Positions 23,471-38,400 of a stretch of 64,000 nt of DNA are shown one piece after another; position 1 is the first letter of the stretch, and every line of letters starts with the position of its first letter. The notes under the pieces are model-generated. The model made no database searches. It was not told the origin of the DNA and worked only from the letters and a program-made list of their open reading frames with translations. This DNA comes from Eledone cirrhosa (Eukaryota): contig OZ024742.1 of NCBI GenBank assembly GCA_964016885.1, positions 373,860,001 to 373,924,000 of the forward strand, read 5' to 3'. A program made the position numbers and the translations under genes.

Positions 23471-26400
23471 TGACCATTTTACAGTGTGGACTGACCGGTT
23501 TTTGTCAGGACATCAACACAACTACTTTACAATGTAGACTCAGCACTTTTTGTCATGACACATACACAACCTCTTTACAGTGTGGACTGAGCACTTTTTA
23601 TCATGATACCAACACAACCTCTTTACAGTGTGAACTGAGCACTTTTTGTCATGACACCAACACAACCTCTTTACAGTGTGGACAAAGGGCTTTTTGTCAT
23701 GACATCAACACAGCCTCTTTACAGTGTAGACTGAGCGCTTTTTGTCATGACACCAACATAGCTTCTTTAGAGTGTGGACTGAGCGCTTTTTGTCATGACA
23801 CCAACACAACCTCTTTACAATGTGAACTGAGCACTTTTTGTCATGACATCAACACAACCACTTTACAGTGTGGTCTGAGCATTTTTGTCATGACACCACC
23901 ACAACCTCTCTACAGTGTGTACTGACCACTTTTTATCATGACACCAACACAACCTCTTTACAGTGTGGGCTGAGCACTTTTTGTCATGACATCAACACAA
24001 CCTCTTTACAGTGTGGACTGGGCACTTTTTGTCATGACACCAACACAGCCTCTTTACTGTGTGGACTGAGCACTTTTTGGCATGACATCAACACAACCTC
24101 TTTAAAGTGTGGTCAGAGCACATTTTGTCATGACACCAACACAACCTCTTTACAGTGTGAACTGAGTACTTTTTATCATGACATCAACACAACCTCTTTA
24201 CAGAGTGAACTGAGCACTTTTCGTCATGACACCAGCACAAACTCTTTACAGTGTGAACTGAGCACTATTTGTCATGACACCAACACAGCATCTTTACAGT
24301 GTGAACTGAGCAATTTTTGTCATGACACCAACACAACCTCTTTACAGTGTGGACTGAGCACTTTTTGTCATGACATCAACACAACCACTTTACAGTGTGG
24401 ACTGAGCACTTTTTCTCATGACATCAACACAGCCACTTTACAGTGTGGACTGAGCACTTTTTGTCATGACACAAACACAACCTCTTTACAGTGTGGACTG
24501 AGCACTTTTTGTCATGACACCAACACAACCTCTTTAGAGTGTGGACTGAGCGTTTTTTGTCATGACACCAACACAAACTCTTTACAGTGTGGGCTGAGCA
24601 CATTTTGTCATGACACCAACACAGGCTCTTTAGACTGTGAACTGAGCGCTTTTTGTCATGACACCAACACAACCTCTTTACAGTGTGGACAAAGGGCTTT
24701 TGTCATGACATCAACACAGCCTCTTTACAGTGTAGACTGAGCGCTTTTTGTCATGACACCAACATAGCTTCTTTAAAGTGTGGACAGAGCACATTTTGTC
24801 ATGACACCAACACAACCTCTTTACAGTGTGAACTGAGTACTTTTTATCATGACATCAACACAACCTCTTTACAGTGTGAACTGAGCACTTTTTGTCATGA
24901 CACCAGCACAAACTCTTTACAGTGTGAACTGAGGACTATTTGTCATGACACCAACACAACATCTTTACAGTGTGAACTGAGCACTTTTTGTCATGACACC
25001 AACACAACCTCTTTACAGTGTGAACTGAGCGCTTTTTGTCATGACATCAACACAACCACTTTACAGTGTGGACTGAGCACTTTTTCTCATGACATCAACA
25101 CAGCCACTTTACAGTGTGGACTGAGCACTTTTTGTCATGACACAAACACAACCTCTTTACAGTGTGGACTGAGCGCTTTTTGTCATGACACCAACGCAAC
25201 CTCTTTAGAGTGTGGACTGAGCGTTTTTTGTCATGACACCAACACAACCTCTTTACAGTGTGGGCTGAGCACATTTTGTCATGACACCAACACAGGCTCT
25301 TCAGACTGTTAACTGAGCGCTTTTTGTCATGACACCAACACAACCTCTCTACAGTGTGTACTGACCACTTTTTGTCATGACATCAAAACAACCTCTTTAC
25401 AGTGTGAACTGAGCACTTTTTGTCATGACACCAACACAACCTCTTTACAGTGTGAACAAAGGGCTTTTTGTCATGACATCAACACAGCCTCTTTACAGTG
25501 TAGACTGAGCGCTTTTTGTCATGACACCAACATAGCTTCTTTAGAGTGTGGACTGAGCGCTTTTTGTTATGACACCAACACAACCTCTTTACAATGTGAA
25601 CTGAGCACTTTTTGTCATGACATCAACACAACCACTTTACAGTGTGGTCTGAGCATTTTTGTCATGACACCACCACAACCTCTCTACAGTGTGTACTGAC
25701 CACTTATTATCATGACACCAACACAACCTCTTTACAGTGTGGGCTGAGCACTTTTTGTCATGACATCAACACAACCTCTTTACAGTGTGGACTGGGCACT
25801 TTTTGTCATGACACCAACACAGCCTCTTTACAGTGTGGACTGAGCACTTTTTGGCATGACATCAACACAACCTCTTTAAAGTGTGGACAGAGCACATTTT
25901 GTCATGACACCAACACAACCTCTTTACAGTGTGAACTGAGTACTTTCTATCATGACATCAACACAACCTCTTTACAGTGTGAACTGAGCACTTTTTGTCA
26001 TGACACCAGCACAAACTCTTTACAGTGTGAACTGAGCACTATTTGTCATGACACCAACACAACATCTTTACAGTGTGAACTGGGCACTTTTTGTCATGAC
26101 ACCAACACAACCTCTTTACAGTGTGGACTGAGCACTTTTTGTCATGACATCAACACAACCACTTTACAGTGTGGACTGGGCACTTTTTCTCATGACATCA
26201 ACACAGCCACTTTACAGTGTGGACTGAGCACTTTTTGTCATGACACCAACACAACCTCTTTACAGTGTGGACTGGGCACTTTTTGTCATGACACCAACAC
26301 AACCTCTTTAGAGTGTGGACTGAGCGTTTTTTGTCATGACACCAACACAACCTCTTTAGAGTGTGGACTGAGCGTTTTTTGTCATGACACCAACACAACC

Positions 26401-29400
26401 TCTTTACAGTGTGGGCTGAGCACATTTTGTCATGACACCAACACAGGCTCTTCAGACTGTTAACTGAGCGCTTTTTGTCATGACACCAACACAACCTCTC
26501 TACAGTGTGTACTGACCACTTTTTATCATGACAGCAACACAACCTCTTTACAGTGTGAGCTGAGCACTTTTTGTCATGACATCAACACAACCTCTTTACA
26601 GTGTGGACTGGGCACTTTTTGTCATGACACCAACACAGCCTCTTTACAGTGTGGACTGAGCACTTTTCGTCATGACATCAACACAACCTCTTTAAAGTGT
26701 GGACAGAGCACATTTTGTCATGACACCAACACAACCTCTTTACAGTGTGAACTGAGTACTTTTTATCATGACATCAAAACAACCTCTTTACAGTGTGAAC
26801 TGAGCACTTTTTATCATGACACCAGCACAAACTCTTTACAGTGTGAACTGAGGACTATTTGTCGTGACACCAACACAACATCTTTACAGTGTGAACTGAG
26901 CACTTTTTGCCATGACACCAACACAACCTCTTTACAGTGTGAACTGAGCGCTTTTTGTCATGACATCAACACAACCACTTTACAGTGTGGACTGAGCACT
27001 TTTTCTCATGACATCAACACAGCCACTTTACAGTGTGGACTGAGCACTTTTTGTCATGACACAAACACAACCTCTTTACAGTGTGGACTGAGCGCTTTTT
27101 GTCATGACACGAACGCAACCTCTTTAGAGTGTGGACTGAGGGCTTTTTGTCATGACATCAAAACAACCTCTTTACAGTGTGAATTGAGCCTTTTTGTCTT
27201 GACACCAACACAACCTCTTTACAGTGTGGTCAAAGGGCTTTTTGTCATGACATCAACACAGCCTCTTTACAGTGTGGACTGAGCGCTTTTTGTCATGACA
27301 TCAACACAACCTCTTTACAGTGTGAACTGAGCACTTTTTGTCATGACACCAACACAACCTCTTTACAGTGTGAACTGAGCACTTTTTGTCATGACACCAA
27401 CACAACCTCTTTACAATGTGGACAAAGGGCTTTTTGTCATGACATCAACATAGGTTCTTTAGAGTGTGAACTGAGCACTTTTTGTCATGACAGTAACACA
27501 GCCTCGTTACAGTGTGAACTGAGCACTTTTTGTCATGACATCAACACAACTTATTTACAGTGTGAACTGAGCACTTTTTGTCATCACACCCACCAAAACA
27601 ACCTCTTTATAGTGTGGTCTGAGCACTTTTTGTCATGACACTAACACAACCTCTTTACAGTGTGGATTGAGCGCTTTTTGTCATAACAGCAACACAACTT
27701 TACAGTGTGGACTGAGCGCTTTTCGTCATGACAGTAACACAGCCTCGTTACAGTGTGAACTGAGCACTCTTTGTCATCATACCAACACAATCTCTTTACA
27801 ATGTGAACTGAGCACTTTTTATCATGACATCAACAGGACCACTTTACAGTGTGGACTGAGCACTTTTTGTCATGACAAAAACACAACCTCTTTACAGTGT
27901 GGACTGAGCGCTTTTTGTCATGACAGCAACACAACCTCTTTACAGTGTAGACTGAGCACTTTTTGTCATGACACCAACACAGCCTCTTTACAGTGTGAAC
28001 TGAGCACTTTTTGTCATGACACCAACACAATCTCGATACAGTGTGAACTGAGCACTTTTTGTCATGACATCAACACATCCTCTTTACAGTGTGAACTGAG
28101 CGCTTTTTGTAGTGACACTAATACAACCTCTTTACAGTGTAAACTGAGCACTTTTTGTCATCACACCAACACAACCTCTTTACAGTGTGCACTGAGCACT
28201 TTTTGTCATGACACTAACACAACCTCTTTACAGTGTGGACTGAGCGCTTTTTGTCATGACAGCAACACAGCCTCTTTACAGTGTGAACTGAGCACTTTTT
28301 GTAGTGACACTAATACAACCTCTTTACAGTGTGAACTGAACGCTTTTTGTCATCACACCAACAGAACCGCTTTACAGTGTGAACTGAGCACTTTTTGTCA
28401 TGACACCAACATAACCTCTTTACAGTGTGAACTGATCATTTTTGTCATGATACCAACACAACCTCTTTACAGTGTGAACAGAGCACTTTTTGTCATGACA
28501 TCAACACACTCTCTTTACAGTGTGAACTGAGCACTTTTTATTATGACATCAACACAATCTCTTTACAGTGTGAACTGAGCACTTTTTGTCATGACACCAA
28601 CACAACCTCTTTACAGTGTAGACTGAGCACTTTTTGTCATGACACCAACATAGCCTCTTTACAGTGTGAACTGAGCACTTTTTGTCATGGCACCAAAACA
28701 TCCTCTTTACAGTGTGGTCTGAGCACTTTTTGTCAAGACACTAACACAACATCTTTACAGTGTGGACTGAGCGCTTTTTGTCATGACAGCAACACAGCCT
28801 CTTTACAGTGTGAACTGAGCACTTTTTGTCATGACATCAACAAAACCACTTTACAGTGTGAACTGAGCACTTTTTGTCATGACACCAACACAAACTCTTT
28901 ACAGTGTGGACTGAGCGCTTTTTGTCATGACACCAAAACAACCTCTTTACAGTGTGAACTGAGCACTTTTTGTCATGATACCAACACAACCTCTTTTCAG
29001 TGTGAAATGAGCACTTTTTGTCATGACACCAACACAACCTCTTTACAGTGTGAACTGAGCACTTTTTGTCATGAAATCAACACAACCTCTTTACAGTGTG
29101 AACTAAGCATTTTTGTAGTGACACTAATACAAACTCTTTACAGTGTGAACTGAGCACTTTTTGTCATCACACCAACACAACCTCTTTACATTGTTAACTG
29201 AGCACTTTTTGTCATGACACTAACACAACCTCTTTACTGTGTGGACTGAGCGCTTTTTGTCATGACAGCAACACAGCCTCTTTAAAGTGTGGGCTGCGCA
29301 CTTTTTGTCATGACACCAACACAACCTCTTTACAATGTGGGCTCAGCACTTTTTGTCATGACACCAACACAACCTCGATACAGTGTGGACTGAGCACTTT

Positions 29401-32400
29401 TTGTCATGACACCAACACAACCTCTTTACAGTATGAACTGAGCACTTTTTGTCATGACATCAACACAACCTCTTTACAGTGTGAACTGAGCGCTTTTTGT
29501 AGTGACATTAATACAATCTCTTTACAGTGTCAACTGAGCATTTTTTGTCATCACACCAAAACGACCTCTTTACAGTGTGGTCTGAGCACTTTTTTGTTAT
29601 GACACTAACAGAACCTCTTTACAGTGTGGACTGAGCGCTTTTTGTCATGACAGCAAGACAACTTCTTTACAGTGTCAACTGAGCACTTTTTGTCATGATA
29701 CCAACACAACCTATTTTCAGTGTGAACTGAGCACTTTTTGTCATGACACCAACACAACCTCTTTACAGTGTGAACTGAGCACTTTTTGTTATCACACCAA
29801 CACAACCTCTTTACAGTGTGGACTGAGCACTTTTTGTCATGACACTAACACAACCTCTTTACAGTGTGGACTGAGCGCTTTTTGTCATGACAGCAACACA
29901 GCCTCTTTACAGTGTTGACTGAGCCTTTTTTGTCATGACACCAACACAACCTCGTTACAGTGTGAACTGAGCACTATTTGTCATGACACCAAAACAATCT
30001 CTTTACAATGTGAACTGAGCACTTTTTATCATGACATCAACAGTACCACTTTACAGTGTGGACTGAGCACTTTTTGTCATGACAAAAACACAACTTCTTT
30101 ACAGTGTGGACTGAGCGCTTTTTGTCATGACACCAACACAGCCTCTTTACAGCGTGAACTGAGCACTTTTTGTCATGACACCAACACAACCTCTTTACAG
30201 TGTGGGCTGAGCACTTTTTGTCATGACACCAACACAACCTCTTTACAGTGTGAACTGAGCGCTTTTTGTAGTGACACTAATACAACCTCTTTACAGTGTG
30301 GACTGAGCACTTTTTGTCATCACACCAACACAACCTCTTTACAGTGTGGACTGAGCACTTTTTGTCATGACACCAACACAACCTCTTTACAGTGTGGACT
30401 GAGCACTTTTTGTCATGTTACCAACACTACCTCTTTACAGTGTGAACTGAGGACTTTTTGTCATGACATCAACACAAACTCTTTACAGTGTGAACTGAGC
30501 ACTTTTTGTCATGACATCAACACAACCTCTTTACAGTGTGAACTGAGCACTTTTTGTCATGACACCAACACAACCTCTTTAAAGTGTCAACTGAGCACTT
30601 TTTGTCATGACATCGACACACCCTCTTTACAGTGTGGCCTGAGGACTTTTTGTCATGACATCAACACAACCTCTTTACATTGTGAACTGAGCACTTTTTG
30701 TCATGATACCAACACAACCTCTTTACAGTGTGGACTGAGCACTTTTTGTCATGACATCAACACAACCTCTTTACATTGTGAACTGAGCACTTTTTGTCAT
30801 GATACCAACACAACCTCTTTACAGTGTCAACTGAGCACTTTTTGTCATGACACCAACATAACCTCTTTACAGTGTAGACTGAACACTTTTTGTCATGATA
30901 CCAACACAACCTCTTTACAGTGTGGACTGAGCGCTTTTTTCATGAAATCAACAATACCTCTTTACAGTGTGAACTGAGCACTTTTAGTCATGACACCAAC
31001 ACAGCTTCTTTACAGTGTGAACTGAGCACTTTTTGTCATGACACCAACACAACCTCGATACAGTGTGGTCTGAGCACTTTTTGTCATGACACCAACACAA
31101 CCTCGATACAGTGTGGACTGAGCACTTTTTGTCATGACACCAACACAGCCTCTTTACAGTGTGGACTGGGCGCTTTTTGTCATGACACCAACACAGCCTG
31201 TTTACAGTGTGGGCTGAGCACTTTTTGTCATGACACCAACACAACCTCTTTACAATGTGGGCTGAGCACTTTTTGTCCTGACACCAACACAACCTCGATA
31301 CAGTGTGGACTGAGCACTTTTTGTCATGACACCAACACAACCTCTTTACAGTGTGAACTGAGCACTTTTTGTCATGACATCAACACAACTTCTTTACAGT
31401 GTGAACTGAGCACTTTTTGTCATCACACCCACCAAAACAACCTCTTCACAGTGTGGTCTGAGCACTTTTTGTCATGACACTAACACAACCTCTTTACAGT
31501 GTGGATTGAGGACTTTTTGTCATGACATCAACACAACTTTACAGTGTGGACTGAGCACTTTTCGTCATGACAGCAACACAGCCTCGTTACAGTGTGAACT
31601 GAGCACTCTTTGTCATGATACCAACACAATCTCTTTAGAATGTGAACTGAGCACTTTTTGTAATGACACCAACACAATCTCGATACAGTGTGAACTGGGC
31701 ACTTTTTGTCATGACATCAACACATCCTCTTTACAGTGTGAACTGAGCGCTTTTTGTAGTGACACTAATACAACCTCTTTACAGTGTGAACTGAGCACTT
31801 TTTGTCATCACACCAACACAACCTCTTTACAGTGTGCACTGAGCACTTTTTGTCATGACACTAACACAACCTCTTTACAGTGTGGACTGAGCGCTTTTTG
31901 TCATGACAGCAACACAGCCTCTTTACAGTGTGAACTGAGCACTTTTTGTCATGATACCAACACAACCTCTTTTCAGTGTGAAATGAGCACTTTTTGTCAT
32001 GACACCAACACAACCTCTTTACAGTGTGAACTGAGCACTTTTTGTCATGAAATCAACACAACCTCTTTACAGTGTGAACTAAGCGTTTTTGTAGTGACAC
32101 TAAAACAAACTCTTTACAGTGTGAACTGAGCACTTTTTGTCATCACACTAACACAACCTCTTTACATTGTTAACTGAGCACTTTTTGTGATGACACTAAC
32201 ACAACCTCTTTACCGTGTGGACTGAGCGCTTTTTGTCATGACATCAACACAGCCTCTTTACAGTGTGGACTGAGCGCTTTTTGTCATGACATCAACACAA
32301 CCTCTTTACAGTGTGAACTGAGCACTTTTTTTCATCACACCAACACAGCCTCTTTACAGTGTAGACTGAACACTTTTAGTCATGACACCAACACAGCTTC

Positions 32401-35400
32401 TTTACAGTGTGAACTGAGCACTTTTTGTCATGACACCAACACAACCTCGATACAGTGTGGTCTGAGCACTTTTTGTCATGACACCAACACAACCTCGATA
32501 CAGTGTGGACTGAGCACTTTTTGTCATGACACCAACACAGCCTCTTTACAGTGTGGACTGGGCGCTTTTTGTCATGACACCAACACAGCCTGTTTACAGT
32601 GTGGGCTGAGCACTTTTTGTCATGACACCAACACAACCTCTTTACAATGTGGGCTGAGCACTTTTTGTCATGACACCAACACAACCTCGATACAGTGTGG
32701 ACTGAGCACTTTTTGTCATGACAACAACACAACCTCTTTACAGTGTGAACTGAACACTTTTTGTCATGACACCAACACAGCTTCTTTACAGTGTGAACTG
32801 AGCACTTTTTGTCATGACACCAACACAACCTCTTTAAAGTGTCAACTGAGCACTTTTTGTCATGACATCGACACACCCTCTTTACAGTGTGGCCTGAGGA
32901 CTTTTTGTCATGACATCAACACAACCTCTTTACATTGTGAACTGAGCACTTTTTGTCATGACACCAACACAACCTCTTTACAGTGTGAACTGAGCACTTT
33001 TTGTCATGACACCAACACAAACTCTTTACAATGTGGACAAAGGGCTTTTTGTCATGACATCAACATAGCTTCTTTAGAGTGTGAACTGAGCACTTTTTGT
33101 CATGACAGTAACACAGCCTCGTTACAGTGTGAACTGAGCACTTTTTGTCATGACATCAACACAACTTCTTTACAGTGTGAACTGAGCACTTTTTGTCATC
33201 ACACCCACCAAAACAACCTCTTTATAGTGTGGCCTGAGCACTTTTTGTCATGACACTAACACAACCTCTTTACAGTGTGGATTGAGCGCTTTTTGTCATG
33301 ACAGCAACACAACTTTACAGTGTGGACTGAGCGCTTTTCGTCATGACAGTAACACAGCCTCGTTACAGTGTGAACTGAGCACTCTTTGTCATGATACCAA
33401 CACAATCTCTTTACAATGTGAACTGAGCACTTTTTATCATGACATCAACAGGACCACTTTACAGTGTGGACTGAGCACTTTTTGTCATGACAAAAACACA
33501 ACCTCTTTACAGTGTGGACTGAGCGCTTTTTGTCATGACAGCAACACAACCTCTTTACAGTGTAGACTGAGCACTTTTTGTCATGACACCAACACAGCCT
33601 CTTTACAGTGTGAACTGAGCACTTTTTGTCATGACACCAACACAATCTCGATACAGTGTGAACTGAGCACTTTTTGTCATGACATCAACACATCCTCTTT
33701 ACAGTGTGAACTGAGCGCTTTTTGTAGTGACACTAATACAACCTCTTTACAGTGTAAACTGAGCACTTTTTGTCATCACACCAACAGAACCGCTTTACAG
33801 TGTGAACTGAGCACTTTTTGTCATGACACCAACACAACCTCTTTACAGTGTGAACTGATCATTTTTGTGATGATACCAACACAACCTCTTTACAGTGTGA
33901 ACAGAGCACTTTTTGTCTTGACATCAACACACTCTCTTTACAGTGTGAACTGAGCACTTTTTATTATGACATCAACACAATCTCTTTACAGTGTGAACTG
34001 AGCACTTTTTATCATGACACCAACACAACCTCTTTACAGTGTAGACTGAGCACTTTTTGTCATGACACCAACATAGCCTCTTTACAGTGTGAACTGAGCA
34101 CTTTTTGTCATGACACCAAAACATCCTCTTTACAGTGTGGTCTGAGCACTTTTTGTCATGACACTAACACAACATCTTTACAGTGTGGACTGAGCGCTTT
34201 TTGTCATGACAGCAACACAGCCTCTTTAAAGTGTGAACTGAGCACTTTTTGTCATGACATCAACAAAACCACTTTACAGTGTGAACTGAGCACTTTTTGT
34301 CATGACACCAACACAAACTCTTTACAGTGTGGACTGAGCGCTTTTTGTCATGACACCAAAACAATCTCTTTACAGTGTGAACTGAGCACTTTTTGTCATG
34401 ATACCAACACAACCTCTTTTCAGTGTGAAATGAGCACTTTTTGTCATGACACCAACACAACCTCTTTACAATGTGGACTGAGCGCTTTTTGTCATGACAG
34501 CAACACAACCTCTTTACAGTGTAGACTGAGCACTGTTTGTCATGACACCAACACAGCCTCTTTACAGTGTGAACTGAGCACTTTTTGTCATGACACCAAC
34601 ACAATCTCGATACAGTGTGAACTGGGCACTTTTTGTCATGACATCAACACATCCTCTTTACAGTGTGAACTGAGCGCTTTTTGTAGTGACACTAATAAAA
34701 CCTCTTTACAGTGTGAACTGAGCACTTTTTGTCATCACACCAACACAACCGCTTTACAGTGTGAACTGAGCACTTTTTGTCATGACACCAACACAACCTC
34801 TTTACAGTGTGAACTGAGCACTTTTTATCATCACATCAACACACCCTCTTTACAGTGTGAACTGAGCACTTTTTATTATGACATCAACACAATCTCTTTT
34901 CAGTGTGAAATGAGCACTTTTTGTCATGACACCAACACAACCTCTTTACAGTGTGAACTGAGCACTTTTTGTCATGAAATCAACACAACCTCTTTACAGT
35001 GTGAACTAAGCGTTTTTGTAGTGACACTAAAACAAACTCTTTACAGTGTGAACTGAGCACTTTTTGTCATCACACTAACACAACCTCTTTACATTGTTAA
35101 CTGAGCACTTTTTGTGATGACACTAACACAACCTCTTTACCGTGTGGACTGAGCGCTTTTTGTCATGACATCAACACAGCCTCTTTACAGTGTGGACTGA
35201 GCGCTTTTTTCATGAAATCAACAATACCTCTTTTCAGTGTGAACTGAGCGCTTTTTGTAGTGATACTAATACAACCTCTTTACAGTGTGAACTGAGCACT
35301 TTTTTTCATCACACCAACACAGCCTCTTTACAGTGTAGACTGAACACTTTTAGTCATGACACCAACACAGCTTCTTTACAGTGTGAACTGATCACTTTTT

Positions 35401-38400
35401 GTCATGACACCAACACAACCTCGATACAGTGTGGTCTGAGCACTTTTTGTCATGACACCAACACAACCTCGATACAGTGTGGACTGAGCACTTTTTGTCA
35501 TGACACCAACACAGCCTCTTTACAGTGTGGACTGGGCGCTTTTGTCATGACACCAACACAGCCTGTTTACAGTGTGGGCTGAGCACTTTTTGTCATGACA
35601 CCAACACAACCTCGATACAGTGTGGTCTGAGCACTTTTTGTCATGACACCAACACAACCTCGATACAGTGTGGACTGAGCACTTTTTGTCATGACACCAA
35701 CACAGCCTCTTTACAGTGTGGACTGGGCGCTTTTTGTCATGACACCAACACAGCCTGTTTACAGTGTGGGCTGAGCACTTTTTGTCATGACACCAACACA
35801 ACCTCTTTACAATGTGGGCTGAGCACTTTTTGTCATGACACCAACACAACCTCGATACAGTGTGGACTGAGCACTTTTTGTCATGACACCAACACAACCT
35901 CTTTACAGTGTGAACTGAGCACTTTTTGTCATGACATCAACACAACTTCTTTACAGTGTGAACTGAGCACTTTTTGTCATCACACCCACCAAAACAACCT
36001 CTTCACAGTGTGGTCTGAGCACTTTTTGTCATGACACTAACACAACCTCTTTACAGTGTGGATTGAGGACTTTTTGTCATGACAGCAACACAACTTTACA
36101 GTGTGGACTGAGCACTTTTCGTCATGACAGCAACACAGCCTCGTTACAGTGTGAACTGAGCACTCTTTGTCATGATACCAACACAATCTCTTTAGAATGT
36201 GAACTGAGCACTTTTTATCATGACATCAACAGGACCACTTTACAGTGTGGACTGAGCACTTTTTGTCATGACAAAAACACAACCTCTTTACAGTGTGGAC
36301 TGAGCGCTTTTTGTCATGACAGCAACACAACCTCTTTACAGTGTAGACTGAGCACTTTTTGTCATGACACCAACACAGCCTCTTTACAGTGTGAACTGAG
36401 CACTTTTTGTCATGACACCAACACAATCTCAATACAGTGTGAACTGAGCACTTTTTGTCATGACATCAACACAACTTCTTTACAGTGTGAACTGAGCACT
36501 TTTTGTCATCACACCCACCAAAACAACCTCTTTATAGTGTGGCCTGAGCACTTTTTGTCATGACACTAACACAACCTCTTTACAGTGTGGATTGAGCGCT
36601 TTTTGTCATGACAGCAACACAACTTTACAGTGTGGACTGAGCGCTTTTCGTCATGACAGCAACACAGCCTCTTTAAAGTGTGAACTGAGCACTTTTTGTC
36701 ATGACACCAACAAAACCACTTTACAGTGTGAACTGAGCGCTTTTTGTCATGACAGCAACACAACCTCTTTACAGTGTAGACTGAGCACTTTTTGTCATGA
36801 CACCAACACAGCCACTTTACAGTGTGAACTGAGCACTTTTTGTCATGACACCAACACAATCTCGATACAGTGTGAACTGGGCACTTTTTGTCATGACATC
36901 AACACATCCTCTTTATAGTGTGAACTGAGCACTTTTTATTATGACATCAACACAATCTCTTTACAGTGTGAACTGAGCACTTTTTGTCATGACATCAACA
37001 CAACCTCTTTACAGTGTGCACTGAGCACTTTTTGTCATGACACTAACACAACCTCTTTACAGTGTGGATTGAGCGCTTTTTGTCATGACAGCAACACAAC
37101 TTTACAGTGTGGACTGAGCGCTTTTCGTCATGACAGCAACACAGCCTCTTTAAAGTGTGAACTGAGCACTTTTTGTCATGACACCAACAAAACCACTTTA
37201 CAGTGTGAACTGAGCACTTTTTGTCATGACACCAACACAAACTCTTTACAGTGTGGACTGAGCGCTTTTTGTCATGACACCAAAACAATCTCTTTACAGT
37301 GTGAACTGAGCACTTTTTGTCATGATACCAACACAACCTCTTTTCAGTGTGAAATGAGCACTTTTTGTCATGACACCAACACAACCTCTTTACAATGTGG
37401 ACTGAGCGCTTTTTGTCATGACAGCAACACAACCTCTTTACAGTGTAGACTGAGCACTGTTTGTCATGACACCAACACAGCCTCTTTACAGTGTGAACTG
37501 AGCACTTTTTGTCATGACACCAACACAATCTCGATACAGTGTGAACTGGGCACTTTTTGTCATGACATCAACACATCCTCTTTACAGTGTGAACTGAGCG
37601 CTTTTTGTAGTGACACTAATAAAACCTCTTTACAGTGTGAACTGAGCACTTTTTGTCATCACACCAACACAACCGCTTTACAGTGTGAACTGAGCACTTT
37701 TTGTCATGACACCAACACAACCTCTTTACAGTGTGAACTGAGCACTTTTTATCATCACATCAACACACCCTCTTTACAGTGTGAACTGAGCACTTTTTAT
37801 TATGACATCAACACAATCTCTTTTCAGTGTGAAATGAGCACTTTTTGTCATGACACCAACACAACCTCTTTACAGTGTGAACTGAGCACTTTTTGTCATG
37901 AAATCAACACAACCTCTTTACAGTGTGAACTAAGCGTTTTTGTAGTGACACTAAAACAAACTCTTTACAGTGTGAACTGAGCACTTTTTGTCATCACACT
38001 AACACAACCTCTTTACATTGTTAACTGAGCACTTTTTGTGATGACACTAACACAACCTCTTTACCGTGTGGACTGAGCGCTTTTTGTCATGACATCAACA
38101 CAGCCTCTTTACAGTGTGGACTGAGCGCTTTTTTCATGAAATCAACAATACCTCTTTTCAGTGTGAACTGAGCGCTTTTTGTAGTGATACTAATACAACC
38201 TCTTTACAGTGTGAACTGAGCACTTTTTTTCATCACACCAACACAGCCTCTTTACAGTGTAGACTGAACACTTTTAGTCATGACACCAACACAGCTTCTT
38301 TACAGTGTGAACTGATCACTTTTTGTCATGACACCAACACAACCTCGATACAGTGTGGTCTGAGCACTTTTTGTCATGACACCAACACAACCTCGATACA

